Positions 24,675 through 43,591 are shown, counted from the stretch's first letter. The stretch: DNA of 64,000 nucleotides from Bigelowiella natans CCMP2755 (GCA_000320545.1 ADNK01000247.1:1-64000), one strand, 5' to 3'. The notes: generated by a model from the sequence alone, not told the origin. Made by a program: numbers and translations.

Positions 24675-24854
24675 TATACACACCTATATACACACCTATA
24701 TACACACCTATATTTGAAGTATTTTGCATGTGCTTGTATGTGCTTTGTGTAATTAATTCAGTGAGTATATGTTTTCGATCTACTTCCTCTTAATTGCGTC
24801 TCTCTGTGTCTTCTTCAGGTTCTTCGTTATGCAAATAGACTAACGTATAACAAT

Positions 24855-24894
<40 letters not shown>

Positions 24895-27231
24895 GCACGC
24901 ACGCCATAGAGAGGGGGGGGGAGGGGGGAGGAGAATAAAAGATAAGCTCAATTTCAGATATAATTTGTCGCTTACGTCAATGGTATATGTGCGCGCGCGC
25001 GTGTGGTGTGCGTGTAATAGAAGGGGGGGAGGGGGGGGGGGGGAGTGAGGGGAGAGGAATCAAAGAGGAGGGAGAGAGAATTCTATTGCATTCTCTTAAT
25101 CATTATACATCTCTTAGTCTTTTCTCTCATTTCCTGGAGTGAGCACCGTGACATGCTGCACACACACCATACATGCTACACACATCATACATGCAGAGAT
25201 CTTGACGTGACTTTCTCCAGCGGAATCCACGTTCCCTGTTGTTTGTTGTATTGAGAGAGGAGAAACCAAGCAGCAATGCATGAAAGTGAAAGAAGAGTGG
25301 GAGGAGGAAGAAGAAGAGGAAGAGGCGATTTGTTGGAGGAATTTCCCTCCTTCCTCCTCCTCCTCCTCCTCCAACACACTCAGTCCTGTATGCATTACGT
25401 GTATGGCACGGCTGCGGCTGCTGCCATTGATCATGACGACGATGATGACGATGATGGTGATGACAGAGAATTCGAGGGCATAATCTTAACCAACCGCTAT
25501 TCCAAAACCGGGGCAAAAGTCAGAAAAGAGCAACCATTCAGTTAAAGGCATGTATTTTGAGTGAATGCCCATCCCTACTCTTATCAATCACCACCTCCTT
25601 GCGGTAGTGAAGATTCCGTATCTTACGACAGATGCTTCCTTTGAGCTCCTTTAGTAAACATCAATAATGGAACCGTTCGAAAAAGAATGAAGGCCCCTGA
25701 ATCAGCAACACGCCTCGTACTTACGTGGTGCAAAGCGCACCGCACATCGGCCAGACACCCACACACACACACGTGTAGATGATCTACTTTTGCTTCTTAA
25801 ATGACCGATGTGATATGTAGATCGTACTCCTCTGGCACCCGGATGATGAACTCGCTCGACGTGGTGCTAGGTGTGGACGAAGAAGAAGAAGAAGAAGAAG
25901 AAGAAGAAGAAGAAAGGGAAAACAGAGGCGTTACTGCTCATCATGCTGACATTGTCTCCTAGTTTCTACATTCATTGTCAATTATTATTATTGAACGTGG
26001 AGTTTGTACAACTACAACCTCACAGTGATTGCTTCAACTTTGGTTAGCAGGATGCGCCGTAACACCTTGTATCGACCCGGGGCCACGCAAAAGCTGATCG
26101 TTCAGATATAAGCAATGATCTAGAAGATGAAGAAGCAGATGATGAAGAAAACCATGACGCAACTAGTAGCTTCATGTGCGTTTTGATTATGTATTAATTT
26201 TTCACGCAGCTGCCAATACAACTACTGTCTGCGCTGCACTGCATGCTTTCATCGCCACGTTGTTTACATAGATGTCTTGGTCAGGATAAGGCGATTTTCC
26301 TTTTCCTTTTCTCTTCGGTTAATCTGTGTTCGTATGGTGACAATTTGGGGAGGGTTGATGGCAGAGATTGTGTGATAGAGGGTGACGGCGAAAAGGTGAA
26401 GAATAAGGCAAACAATCTAAATGTCCACCTTCACAACGTTCCCAGTAAATCGGATATCCGTCGCCTCCTCGCCTGTAACAACACGTGTGATGAGAATTGG
26501 TCTTTCGCTTGCATCTTTTGGGAGTAAGGTTGCTTAGGGGATTGGGGGGGGGGGGGCAGGGATAAGAGGGTGGGTGCAAGCGAAGGGAACCCTCTTTTTT
26601 GAGCATCTTGATGACATCAGGCCTGTCTCTAAGCCCAAGTCTATCCGCCTTCCGTAGCTTTCGCTCGGTGTCGTCATCGTGGTGGCGAGCACTCATTCTA
26701 GTGGGATCCCTTCATATCGGAAAAAGGAATTGATTTGATGTTCGACTTTCTCCGCCACCGACTGCCCTCCGGCCACCTCCAGGTTGTTCTTCGGGTCTTG
26801 TGCACGAGGGATATTAGGTTTGGCACGCTGGGCACAATTTAGTTTCCCGTGCAGCAAGTGTCTCCTGTTGGACTTTCGCAACACGCGACAGCGCTCATCT
26901 TCGTCGAGCCTCGGCAAAAAAGTCTGCGGGTTTGGAGGCATTTTCCCAGGCCTTTTGGCCATCGGTGGGGGAAAACCACAAAACGCCCTTATTTTGTCTG
27001 TTCCGTCATCATCAAATGACTCGTCTTTCGAACAAATTCGCTCGCGATGCAGGCCGACGGTCTGCAGATATTTTCACGATGTATTGAGGTGATCCACCCG
27101 GAGTCAGCACTGCATGCCGACGATGAAGTTGGTGCTCACTTGATACGACAGTTGTTACTTTTTTATATCACTTCCGAACGGGATATATCTACGGGAAAAA
27201 TGTAAGTTTCTTCCATCTAACTTCCGAGCTC

Positions 27232-27471
27232 ATGCGTGTTCCGCGCGGGCTGAAGAGGGTTGCCACTCTGTGCATACTCAAGGACCCTGCCCGCGCAAGC
27301 TTCCTACTACTTAAGCGGTATAAAGAACCGCATAAGAACCTCTTCTGCCCCGTGGGAGGGAAACTGGATCCGCATGAGGGCCCCAGAGCGGCAGCGAAGA
27401 GGGAGATCTTCGAGGAGACGGGGCTGAGCCCAGGGTAATGTAACGTACGGCTTGCATGTGAGGGTGGGGAA

Positions 27472-27514
<43 letters not shown>

Positions 27515-27909
27515 CGATGGTGATCGTGAGTTTCTTCGGCTAGAGTAGAGGATTCCACTGATACACATCCACGAACATGCGAACAGACGTAAATTTAATC
27601 TTGTTGTGCAGACACCTGAAATACTGCGGGGTGATGACTGAGACATCCCCAGTTGAATACAACTGGACTTGCTATGTGTACATGTCTGAGTTGGAATCTC
27701 GCATCACCCCGCCTCCATGCGACGAAGGTATCCTAGAATGGATCGATTTTGATGATATAGAGTCACGGCGCGTACAAATCCCTCAAACTGACCCTTTCGT
27801 CTATAAGTACGTCCTTGCCGGGAAGCCGTTTGCATTCGATGTAGAGTACGATGCTGAGTTGAACGTGACATCGATGGTGGAAGGGCTGGAGAACGTGACA
27901 TTATGTTGA
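27232..27909 (+). CDS. NUDIX hydrolase, MutT/8-oxo-dGTPase-like (2 exons)
   Basis: Nudix box GGKLDPHEGPRAAAKREIFEETGL. Intron 27435-27611 (GT-AG) joins in frame to HLKYCGVMTETSP...CDEGILEWI. Confidence 0.9.
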
Positions 27910-28733
27910 TATCAAATATTAGAATCGACAATTGCAATTGATACTCACGCTACTACTCACTCCCATGCGATCTCAATAATGAACTATAATGCTCGCCGAT
28001 TCTATACTTCATTTTTTTTGCCATCTGCGCGACATATAAGCCATGCATAGTGCTACGCATAGCAGAATCTACACCCTAACCACTGCATATCGCTCATCGA
28101 AATAAAAGCACGCATTAACATATCGATGTACACATTTCGTCTACTGGCAAAGAATAATGGTGCACGCGTGCAATGTGCCCGGCGCGAATGTGATCCGATT
28201 GTAGCGTAATCGAATTGTTGTGGGATGTTATCGACCTCGTAGCAATTGCAAAAATGTCTGTATCACTATACATCGTTTAAAGGAGACAAGGACGGTCTCC
28301 TGGGCTTAACGCCTGCGACAATACTAATGCAGATCTAGAGATGTATACTTAGAATGCATGCATTGAATGAAGAATAAATCCGACGCTGTTAGCCCTCCAC
28401 GACAAGATCGACGAAGAACACCGCGCACACACGACAGCTCGTGGCATGCAACCTGTGCAAGTGGAACCATTAATTTCAACCTTTTTGTATATCTTTCGCG
28501 GATAGCCGTGCCTCTGGCTCCTAATATTTCTTGTGCTTCTGAAGCAAATGTTGGTGCGTTGTTCCTCGTTCCCTATCTCTGCAGCAAGTACCACCTTTCC
28601 TGCTATGGAGGGTCTAATCCTCAAGGTCGGAGTGCGTTTCATTGAAGTATTCGATCCGCTGCCCCCTGACATACCGCATTTCAATCAATCATCTTGGTGA
28701 GCACCATATATTCAGTAGCGAGTTGTGAGTCAA

Positions 28734-33360
<4,627 letters not shown>

Positions 33361-33806
33361 CGCTGCCCTACTCTGCTCCTTCTAAATGGAAAATTTTTTC
33401 ATGCATAAAATATCTATAAAATAATTGCAATTTTATTATTTGATTTGGAGAGGGGTCCACAAATCGGAAGAGTGAAGTAGTTAGTTGTTTGAAGTGGCAT
33501 TTGTATATCTGAGGGTAATTTATAGTGTTTTTGGGGATTTATGCTGCGACTGTTCCAACCGGAGATGGTCCTGACTGCAACAGGAACAACAAGCAAATCG
33601 TTCACCTTTCAAAGAATCATTTTCATGTGGAAGTTCTAAGCGTATTTTATTTCCCATAAAATCGTTATAACTCAGACATGATTGTATCGGCTTTGCATTC
33701 CAAACATATACTCTCACCAGAACGGATATTTATGATATTCTCCGCATAGATTTAGGACTGTGATCGTTGGTCGACAGCCTGGTCGACTATTTTCGGCGGG
33801 AGCTGA

Positions 33807-35111
33807 ATGGCTTCTCCCCGCTCCATACGGAGGATCGCCGCGACCGCTTTAGTCGTCGCTACGTTGTTTCACATCGCTGGGGAAGGAACAAGGCGCTGGG
33901 CGATGCGAACGATGCTTTCTAGCCCTTTTAAAACCGCAACACCGCCATCAAGACTTCATTCGTGCCTCCCAAATATAAAGACTGCTCGCTTCTCTCCCAC
34001 GAGGCGGGCCGTCAGAGAGAACCTCCTCTGGTCTCGTAAAAATATATTCAAGAAGGCGAGGACGTTCGAGGATGGTAGGATCAGGGTGCGAAATCGACTG
34101 TCCTGTTTTGCCGGGGGCGGGGTAAGGGGCGCTTTCGCAGGAACGGACGATGCAAACGATGCAACAATGAGAACCACGAAGAGAATCTGTGTGAGTTCCT
34201 TCAATACCTGATGCGGTCGTTCATAGGGAATGGCCATGTGACTTTGTTCGATCTCTCGCTAATCGGCATAAAGAACGGCGTGCTTGCGGTTTAGGATGTG
34301 CGTGACGTGGCAGCCAATCATGGCGAGGGGGATGGGAACTTGTGCTATTATCATTTGCAGATCGTTGATATCTGTGTTGTGGTGTGATACCAGATAATCG
34401 GCGACGTGCATGGAATGTGGGACGATGGCGACAAAGAGGTAGACATCATCATCGTCATCATAATCGCCTTAGTTGATTATCAAACATTCTCATTAAGGTT
34501 CTCCGAGCGTTGAAGCCGGACTTGGTGCTGTTCGTTGGGGTAGTAAAGGAACGGCGATAATTACAACGAAGAAGAAAGAATCCAGAGAAATAATTCAGAA
34601 GAAAGTTGACCCAAAACTTGACGCTCACATTCGTGAATACCCACAGGATTTTGGCAACGAGAATCAAAAAATAGTACAATCAATTGCGTCATTCTGTGAT
34701 TTTCCCAAGGTAAATATGCTCTCCTCACCTGTCGTTGAGAAATTTGTGTGTTACGAATTGACAACCATGAAATCCGTTACAATCTTGCTTTAATGCAGGC
34801 AGTGATACTGGGTAACCACGATGCATGGAGGTATGTACATGTAGATGAAATCAAGTATTTCATTTACACTATCATCACCAGCCCCATCATCATTATTATC
34901 ATCATCATGATCATCATCCTGATGTTGTTGTCGTATGGCTCTTCACTCATCACCAACACAAGTTGCAGACGATGACCCCTCATCCACACATTGTCAACGA
35001 TATGGGGCAGCCAACGACGTGGTTCTTCCTACTTTCTTAGGTCTATTCGACTGAAGAAACCGACAGACGCGCTTAAAAATCAGATCGAGATGCTCAGGAA
35101 GGTATTAAGTC

Positions 35112-35143
<32 letters not shown>

Positions 35144-35263
35144 TAGTAATTGTGATGTTAATAGGTTGTGAGATTCATCTTCTCTTTCTAATCCATTATC
35201 TGTTTTATACCAACTGACTCTGCGTACTCCTTTTCGTTCTTTCTCTCCCCCCCCCCCGCCCCC

Positions 35264-35307
<44 letters not shown>

Positions 35308-35912
35308 CCATACTACGATAAATGGCCCCAACAAAAGACCGAGTGCGATGCGGGATACAATGCCTTAAAGTTTACTGATGTGGGGGTGGGGGTGGTCGGC
35401 TGCCGCGCTCTGTCGTTTGGGGGGGGGAAGAACAAACGCTCCAGCACTTACAGGCTTCTTAGTCCCCTCTACGGCATTAAAAATCATGTAAAATAGAGAG
35501 AGAGAAGAAGAAGGATGATGATCATATTTGTGGTGACGCTGTGACGAGGCGAATCATGCGCGCATATGCATGCTCGTGTGCCTTATTTGCTTTTCACCTA
35601 CGTCCTCAAACAGGCGGAGTCAGTTGATCGAATTGTAGCGAATATCAAGGTACAGCCTCTACGACGACAACCCTTGTTTCAGCGAAGCAGCTTCGTTCAA
35701 ATGCATAATCGTGCTGTTCATCACGGTGAATTCTCAATCCTTTTTGTCCATGTACTTCCCCATCCCCATCCCCATCCCCACCTCTGGTGGAAAGAATGTG
35801 GATGAAGCGTCGCAGCCATTGAGCTGCATCTGCCTTGCACATAATGGACCTACTGGACTAGGGGAAAAACCGTATTCCATATGCGGCAAGGTTTGTATTA
35901 GCAGTGGGGAGA

Positions 35913-35950
<38 letters not shown>

Positions 35951-36387
35951 GTTTCTGAGGAAAAAGCAGCGATAATGCATCTCTCTTTCCTTCTAGCCTC
36001 CTAGTGTGGTCACTGCCTGAGTCATGTTTGTTGGTGTAGGATTTCCCCCCGGCGGGGGGGGATTGGGGTGATCCCGACCTTGAGGAAGCATTAATGAGAG
36101 TGCGAGTAGAAGCCTCCCCCCCCTCCTCCTCCTCCTCTTCCTCCTCCAGCTGCCCTGCGCCTAAAGTGAGCATGGTGGCTTTCGGCCATATGCATGCGAA
36201 CCTCCTAAACGGGGGGCGACGGCAGATGGTGGTAGAGGATGAGCACGGCACCGTGTTTGTCAACGCCGCAGAGGTTCCCCGCTGGGAGCACGAGCTAGCG
36301 CGACCCGCACGATCCAGCTACGTCACCATGGTCGATATTGACAGTTCCACCAAGAGAGTCATCCGAGTAGAAGGTGGTCGTTCGTAG
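33807..36387 (+). CDS. TIGR04168-type calcineurin-like metallophosphoesterase with bipartite (plastid-type) leader
   Basis: Spliced motifs IIGDVHG, LKPDLVLFVG|DFGNEN, AVILGNHDAW, LAHNGPTGLG..ICGK, GGDWGDPDL, VAFGHMH, GTVFVNAAEVPR. The N-terminus IAATALVVATLFHIA is followed by an R/S-rich stretch. Confidence 0.88.
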
Positions 36388-37243
36388 AAACATAGCTGAA
36401 CGTCTGTTTGCTGCGGTTCGTTTACATCAATAACGTCATCGGTGCACCGTTGATCGACTTTTCTCGCTTGCTTTCTTCGCAATCACTCAGGTCTATGGGT
36501 AACCACGGAAGGTGTGACAACAAAGAATGTACTCCTGTATTCTACCCCTCCTCCTACTTCTTCCGTCTCGGCAGTCACACCATGATCTGGCGGTAGCCAG
36601 TTTGCCTTGAAAAGGAAATCCGTGATTGTGAGGCCGCGAGCGCGTCCCATGACGAACGCGCTATGGACCCTGTCGTTTAAAATTACAGTTGCATGATGAT
36701 TGTTTTTATAGCAACCTCGTTTGGTTATCTAGCCATAAATACACAGCTGGTTTTTCCTTACGTTGCGATGATTATGTATATATCATGCGCACAAAGGAAT
36801 TTACTGCACGTGCGTACGCATGCATGCGCTTGCGGCAAAAAAAAGTTTGCATAAGGCGATCCGCTAGCACGGCGATGCATTGACCTTCACACACGGACGC
36901 ATTATTGTGGCTATTATGGCTTTTGATAATAAGCCTTAGTTTTGAAATGCACATGATGGGACTAGCCGAAATAAGTAAAGCTGACGACGTGCAACAACTA
37001 GCCACAACAAATTAATCAAATGCGTGGAACAGCAATGATGACATCTGGAGAAATCTTAAGAAGTGCTATTCGCATAGCAAAAACACTAATTCCTATTCTA
37101 ATACTAACAACGTACTAGACGTGTCGCATGGAGATATATATTAATAAGCGCTAGCCATACAGATAATTATCTCCGTCTATGCTGTTAAAATCCATGCTCT
37201 TTCTATCACATTCAATGTTCTAACAAGCCATTAGAATCGTCAA

Positions 37244-37884
37244 TTAACGTTGAGCAAATGCATCCTGGAAGACCGCCCTCATCGCACGAAGCCTTTTACT
37301 TTCTTCCTCCTGATCAGCCGAAGAGTATGATGAATCCGGAAGATCCCTGCTCACCGCAGCAAATGTGACCATCTTTAAGGATCCCTGCATTAATAGAGCG
37401 TTTTATTGGTTATTTGCGAGAAGCTCGCCAAATTGAAGGCAAAGATTTAGCCATTCCCACATCACAGGGTACATCGATGGTGATTGCTGCGTTGTGTGTT
37501 ATTCTGCGTTGGCTGACCTCTCCCCCCCCTGACACTTGACGCAATACCGCTGCAACATGCCGGATCACCTGATTTTTGGCGTGGATGGAATGCTTTGTAT
37601 TACGGCGTTCTCCGAAATGAGAGATGCATTATTTATTTGAATGCTGCTACTACTTACAGCTGCAGAGTGGTTCGGTGTGGGCATGCAATGCGACCCGACA
37701 TCTTATATGCGTGCACAGTAAGTCAAGCCACGGCCAAACTAGGCACCTGGTTTGTGGAAAAGCTTCCCCATAGCCCCGCCCCCCCCCCTTCCTTCCCAAG
37801 CGTTGCAGCAGACTGCTCAACCGAATCTACGACAATAATCAACGATCCGATCGACATGTCGTCGGCACTGTGCAAAGCCTGGTG

Positions 37885-37939
<55 letters not shown>

Positions 37940-39066
37940 AGTAAGATAGCTTCAATGCGGCGCACAATCAACCAGAAAATACAGACAGCACACATCAGGC
38001 CTATCATAGATTCAGTTAACGGCAGATGAATGACCATAGCGAGCGCATCAAGGGTAAAGCCACCATCTCCCCCCCCCCCCCCGCTGGTGGCACGTCTGCT
38101 GCCTTGTCCTCCGTTCTTTGGTCTATGCTCACTCGCTGCATTCGTTGTCGTTATTGTCGCATGGAGGACAGCATGAGCCAAGCGAAGATTCGAGTGCTGC
38201 GTGATGACTAAATCCGTGCCTTCTTTCTTCTGCCCTGCTGCTTTCACTTGGCGATGATGGCCCCCCTGCTGCTCTTGCTCCCCTCTCATTCTTTGTTGCT
38301 GTTGTCGGAGGGTGCAACGGTTCGTGCGGTATCTCTTCAATTGAACGTGCAGAGGGTCCAACTGACACTCGGGGCTCTGATAATCATCATCGTCGTAATC
38401 ACCATGGGGGTAAATAGTGACGACGAAAGAGAAGAGGGAGGAGGGGGAGGAGGAGGAGGAGGAGGAAGGGGAGATACTACTATAACTGTTAGTACCACCA
38501 CCACCACCACCACTACTACTGCTACTACTTACTACTACCTCCGCACAAGTTTGCACGAATTCGCTCCAAACTTCCTTCACACGTAGAGGCCCTTTGTCCC
38601 CCTTCTCCTCCTCTTCCTCCTCCTCTTCCTCCTCTTCCTTCTCATTATCAGCAGTAGTACGCCTACCTTCAGTAGTTTGTCCATCAAGTCTCCCACTGTT
38701 CTTATCATCCTCTCCAAAAGTAAAGAGAGGTGAGGTTGACGTGAGCAACGACGACGATGACAACAGCGAACTACTGTTGCGAGTGGACGTGGACGCCACT
38801 ATCATTGCCTCCTTACTCGATTTACCCCCCCCCCCATCCCCCGCCTCCCCCAATATCATTTGGTTGTTGTTGGTCTTCTTCTTGGCTTTGTTCTTATTCT
38901 TGATGCTGATGATCCTCTTCATGATTCTCTCCTTCTTTCTTCGCATATCCCTTCTCGCCTTTTCGACGTGCTGTGCCGTTAGCAGCTCCTGGGCAGTAAC
39001 GGGGCCTTGGTACATCAACGGTAGAAGAAGGAGAAAAAAGAAGAAGATGAGTGAAGGAGGAAGATC

Positions 39067-39104
<38 letters not shown>

Positions 39105-40622
39105 CCGTAAACAATAACATAATAAAGTCATTAGAGTAGACGGTGCTATTCGTCAGCTACGACGATGATGGCGACGAGAATGAAGGACCCCCAAAAATAC
39201 AAAATATATCGAATTTGCTGCTAATGCCATTGGTGACAATCACCGCTACTATACTAAAGGAGAACCAGAAGAAGAGATAATGATGATAGCAATGATGGCA
39301 TGGTAAGGATGAGTAAGGCGATAAGAAGAAACCCAACCACCTTTCTGTTGTATGATTGCTTTGTCTGCGGGAATTAGAAGAGCTTGAAGGCGATTACCTA
39401 ACGAATAAGTAACAAGCAACCACCCATGCAGTTTTGAGGAGGGGACAAAAGATATGACTTGTTCGGAGGCCATAACATCAGTTTGTTACTACCGTAAAGC
39501 TGCAGCCCACATTGTGCGTAGAGCTTCACCTAGAGAAATAGACAATGAACGACATAGCAAAGAGGAAGAGGAGGAGGAGGAGGAGGAGGAGGGGATTGGC
39601 CAACTGAGGGGACGATAAATTGTTTTCAGCATCAAATATCCATCAGCGATTCACGTGCCTATTCTTCACGTATCTCAAAAAAGTACTTTTCTTCACTCTT
39701 CTCCCCTCCCCCTTCTTCTCCTGACCTCATAATCGTTGTCCTCCTCTTTGCTAGTACGGACGTATTCTCCTCCTCCTTTTTGTCTTCGTCGTTCCTGCTG
39801 CTGCTGCTTCTTCTGTGGTGTAGTATAAAACCGCCGCTTGAATAATGTGCTCAGTCTCTCTCGTACAACCCGTATATGATACCTAGGAGGAGGAGGATGG
39901 GGGAGGGGGGGAGGAGGGAGAGGAAAAAGGGTATAAAAAGTTGTCCTTGTCTGGCCAGATTAATGCCTCTCATGGCTTGTTCAAGCACTTGCAGTCGGTG
40001 GCTGCTATCGTCGTTGTGTTGTTTTGTTGTTGTTGTTGTTGTTGCCACCCCCGTGCAAATTCGGAATGTTGATGACTCGGCTTACTTCCTGCGGTAGGGA
40101 TGGGAAGGCCCGGTCCACACATAGGTCTCACATACGATCTTTGAGAACGACGATCGAAACGAGAGATCATGCAGCAACAACTCCCCGTCTGACGATGATG
40201 AAGGAGCAGCAGCTTCATGAAGTTCGACTCCCCACTCGCCACCAATGGTTTCACGATGACGATTATACTTGCTGCTACTGTTGCTGCTGCTGCTACTGCT
40301 GCTGCTTTGCTGCTTACGACGATGATGAGTACTTATATTGGCGCTGCTACCAGCAGCCTTCCCCCTCCTCCTCCTGTTCCTACTACTATTGCTACTGTTT
40401 CTATTGCTACGAAGATCGTTTGGGAGGGATCTCGATGTCATCCGAATAAAAGTGCGGAACTCAGAACGCTGTTTGGTAGGGGAGGGGAGGGACAGTACGG
40501 AAAGGTAGTGTTGAGAATACGTACTTATCACGAAGCTGACTCTTCACTATAAACAAACAAATAAATAAACAATGCAAATATATACATGCACACATGGAAC
40601 ACATGAAGCTCTCATTCTCCTT

Positions 40623-40674
<52 letters not shown>

Positions 40675-42275
40675 TCTCTGTCTCTCTCTTATGTGTGTAT
40701 GTGTGTGTGTGTTTCTATTCATGTTTTAGCGCTCATTGATCTTCATAATCTCTGGCATAATATGGATGAATCCCCGTTGATGAGGAAGAAGTAGGCGACC
40801 TGTTTCTCCTGCATGGCGGAAATCCTCATTGCGCTCTTTCCGACGATTTGCTTCAGTTCCAACTCGTGCCTTTGTTCGCATGGACAACGGCACACACACG
40901 CGCACATAAATATGGCTATTGTCCAGTATCAAATTTCTCCCTTTTCGTTGGTGATTGTGCGTTGTCTTCTAGCCAACTGCCTTTTCAACTTACTACGCCA
41001 CCTCCTCCTCCTTCTCCTCCCTCTCCTCTTCTACCTGCTGTTTTCAAAATCTAGATCGCTCTTCCTGACTCGCCCTCCTTCCCCAACCTTGAGCAACCGG
41101 CGCATCGTCTCGTTGTGCTGACAGATGAAAAGTACAGAAAGCACAAAAGAAATAACGGAAGAATTGGTGTATTAATGCCTGGCGGGTGTGTGAAAAGAGG
41201 CGAAGCGCCCATACAGCGAAAGGACAGAAATCGTTGACGCTGATTCCAATCTTCCTCCTCCTCTTAGTTTATACCTTCTGTTTGGCAGCAGAGACTTGGT
41301 CGCCACACGCGTGAAAGAGCTGCCGAATCGTGATGCTGAAGGACCTTTTGGTGTTTCATTTATTTGTTAGAGCGCCAGCTGTCGCCGTTATGACCATGAT
41401 CATGAGCATCATCAACCGTTCCAATTCGAAGAGCGTTCTGCCAGCGTCTGCCTGGAGTAGCTTGCGAAACCCACCACCGCTCCACTCGGCCTCCTCAAAA
41501 TGCACACGCGATGATGACTTTTAGGGGCAAGAGGGAAGGCAGGGGGGGGGGACAAATGGAAGGAGAAAGGCAGGCAGGGTTAGGATATTCCTACAGAATA
41601 AATACATAGCTGTGTCGTGTTCGATGGGTAGACCGAATGCGTCGCAGAGCTCGTAGACATCCAAGCCTTAGCAATTGAATCGAGTTCTGCTTCTTCTTCT
41701 TCTTCTTCTTCTTCTTCTTCTTCTTCTTCTTCATTGTCCAGCTCAGCTTTGTCGTAGTCTTCCCAAGATTTCGCGTCCTCCTCTCTTGGACCCTCATTCC
41801 CTTTTGATCGTTTTGTCGTTAGATATACATTAACATCTTACAATCTACCAACAAGTACTGAGGAGGGGAGACTCATAGCGCACATTTCTCGCAAAATAAA
41901 GTATTCATTATTAGTAAGTTTTGATTGAGGTATTACTTTCAAGGTTCTCCACTGCAGAATATATTGACGCAGCATCGCAAGGCGGAATCTAAGTGATGTG
42001 GAGAAGGTAGAGGATTCAAGAATTCTGCTCATTCGTCGTTCGTGTGTGTTCTGCAGATCGGACTGTTCATCCTCGAGCTCTATGCTGCATAGAATTTCGT
42101 ATTTTGGAGGTGGGGAAAGTAGAAGCACCTCTTTCTCCTCGCACGCTGTTTCTATGGCCAACTTCGAGGTAGCCCAAGGGACATTGAGCCTTGTAATGTC
42201 TTCTTCATCCGTCCCCCCCCCAGCACCTCTCCCCTTCCGCTTGGCCTCATCGGCAGGAGGGAGTCCCAGCTCCAT
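37244..42275 (-). CDS. Large multi-exon hypothetical protein with low-complexity inserts
   Basis: Coding-like segments bounded by GT/AG run from MELGLPPADEAK... to ...RAVFQDAFAQR*. No family recognised; this could be more than one gene. Confidence 0.5.
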
Positions 42276-42640
42276 AAGTTGTTATGTATTCATTCTGTCA
42301 AAAATTATACGGCATACTATCTACACTCGCAGATTTTAGAAGAAACTTGTTCCAGACCGAAATTATAAGCCCAAAACATCTGACCAGTTTTATCTATATT
42401 CGACCAAGAATAATGAAGATTGGGCTCCTCTCTGATGAAGCTCAAGAGACTTCCCTGGGACTTCCAGGACTTCACTTCCTTGAAATTTCGGGCATCTGCC
42501 CAGATTTCCTAAAAATGGAGAGAATTCTCAAGGATTTCATCTGTACGACATCTCGAAATTGGCTCCTAAATACCAAACCGGAGCTCAGAACGTATTGCTC
42601 CAAAACCCAGAAAATTCTGACATCCTAGGACATCCGTACA

Positions 42641-43591
42641 ATGGCGATGCCCATTATACCTGCCTCTTCTTGCAGAGAATTAAAGCGGAAGACGAAGGAA
42701 GCACCGCTACCGAAGCAGTACGATCTTATATCGTCGCAGCTGCTTGCTCGGGAAATAAACCATTGGCGAATCAAACGCAACGAACAGGGCTTGAGACGAG
42801 TGAAAACCCTCATCAGCCGTGGCGCCGATCCGTGTCTTTGCGAGAAAACAAAAGAACTCGCCGGCAGCGCTATTCACGATGCTGCACAACGTGGAATGGC
42901 CCGGATCGTACGCTTCTTCGTCCGTCAGCGAGGACTGGTGTGCTTGTACACTCCCTGCCGCCACAGGTGGAGCCCATTGATCTACGCTTCGGTCGGATAT
43001 GGTTCGGAGAGAATCCGGAAAAAACCGGATAGGCAGCGGTGGAAAACAGTCATGGCTATGGTTCAATTGATGTTAGATGGTGTTGACTCCTGCCTAGACT
43101 ACGAATCACCTCTCCCTACCCCACCTGATCAGAGGCTGATCTCCTTTTCTGCAGTTGGGGTAGAGAAAGAATCAAAAGTTGAGAATCCAACTTTGAACCC
43201 GTTGATGCTTATATACCAATTGGTACAAAGTGGAAGCATTTCGAAGGCGCTGAGTCGATCTCGATGGGAATCCATACCATCTAATGTCATCGCTAAGACG
43301 GCCGTCATTCACCACTACATGTGTGTAGCACATGAGTGTTGGCATCCAAGGGACGAAGACCTTGACTCATTCCAACAGGCTGTGGCATTAAATGCAAAAA
43401 AATGTAACCAAAAACATCGTCGACACGCTGTTAATATGATAAAAGTACATCTCAGTTCAGACGTGTCGCTCATGGTTGTAGACTATCTTCCATACATCCC
43501 TTTGCCGGTCATCGAGGCGAGACATATGGAGAATACATGGAACACCAACCCTGCATATTATCTTCCCTCGACTGCTAACAACTTTCTCTAA
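42641..43591 (+). CDS. Intronless ankyrin-repeat protein
   Basis: 316-aa ORF with VKTLISRGADP, GSAIHDAAQRGMARIVRFFV and WSPLIYAS ankyrin-type motifs. Confidence 0.8.
   Translation: MAMPIIPASSCRELKRKTKEAPLPKQYDLISSQLLAREINHWRIKRNEQGLRRVKTLISRGADPCLCEKTKELAGSAIHDAAQRGMARIVRFFVRQRGLVCLYTPCRHRWSPLIYASVGYGSERIRKKPDRQRWKTVMAMVQLMLDGVDSCLDYESPLPTPPDQRLISFSAVGVEKESKVENPTLNPLMLIYQLVQSGSISKALSRSRWESIPSNVIAKTAVIHHYMCVAHECWHPRDEDLDSFQQAVALNAKKCNQKHRRHAVNMIKVHLSSDVSLMVVDYLPYIPLPVIEARHMENTWNTNPAYYLPSTANNFL

Noticed and set aside
24671-24712. 12-bp cacacctatata tandem repeat and other (CA)n/(TA)n/(AG)n runs
   Set aside because: Ordinary microsatellites, abundant throughout this region.
26243-27120. Possible gene or retroelement fragment on the minus strand
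   Set aside because: Short ORFs with no recognisable motif and no consistent splice model. This could be 5' exons of the kinase gene, but that is unsupported.
27232-27909. NUDIX/MutT gene as the effector of TpA erasure
   Set aside because: MutT-type activity concerns A:T to C:G transversions genome-wide, not local TpA transitions. Proximity is not evidence, and no deaminase gene is visible in the window.
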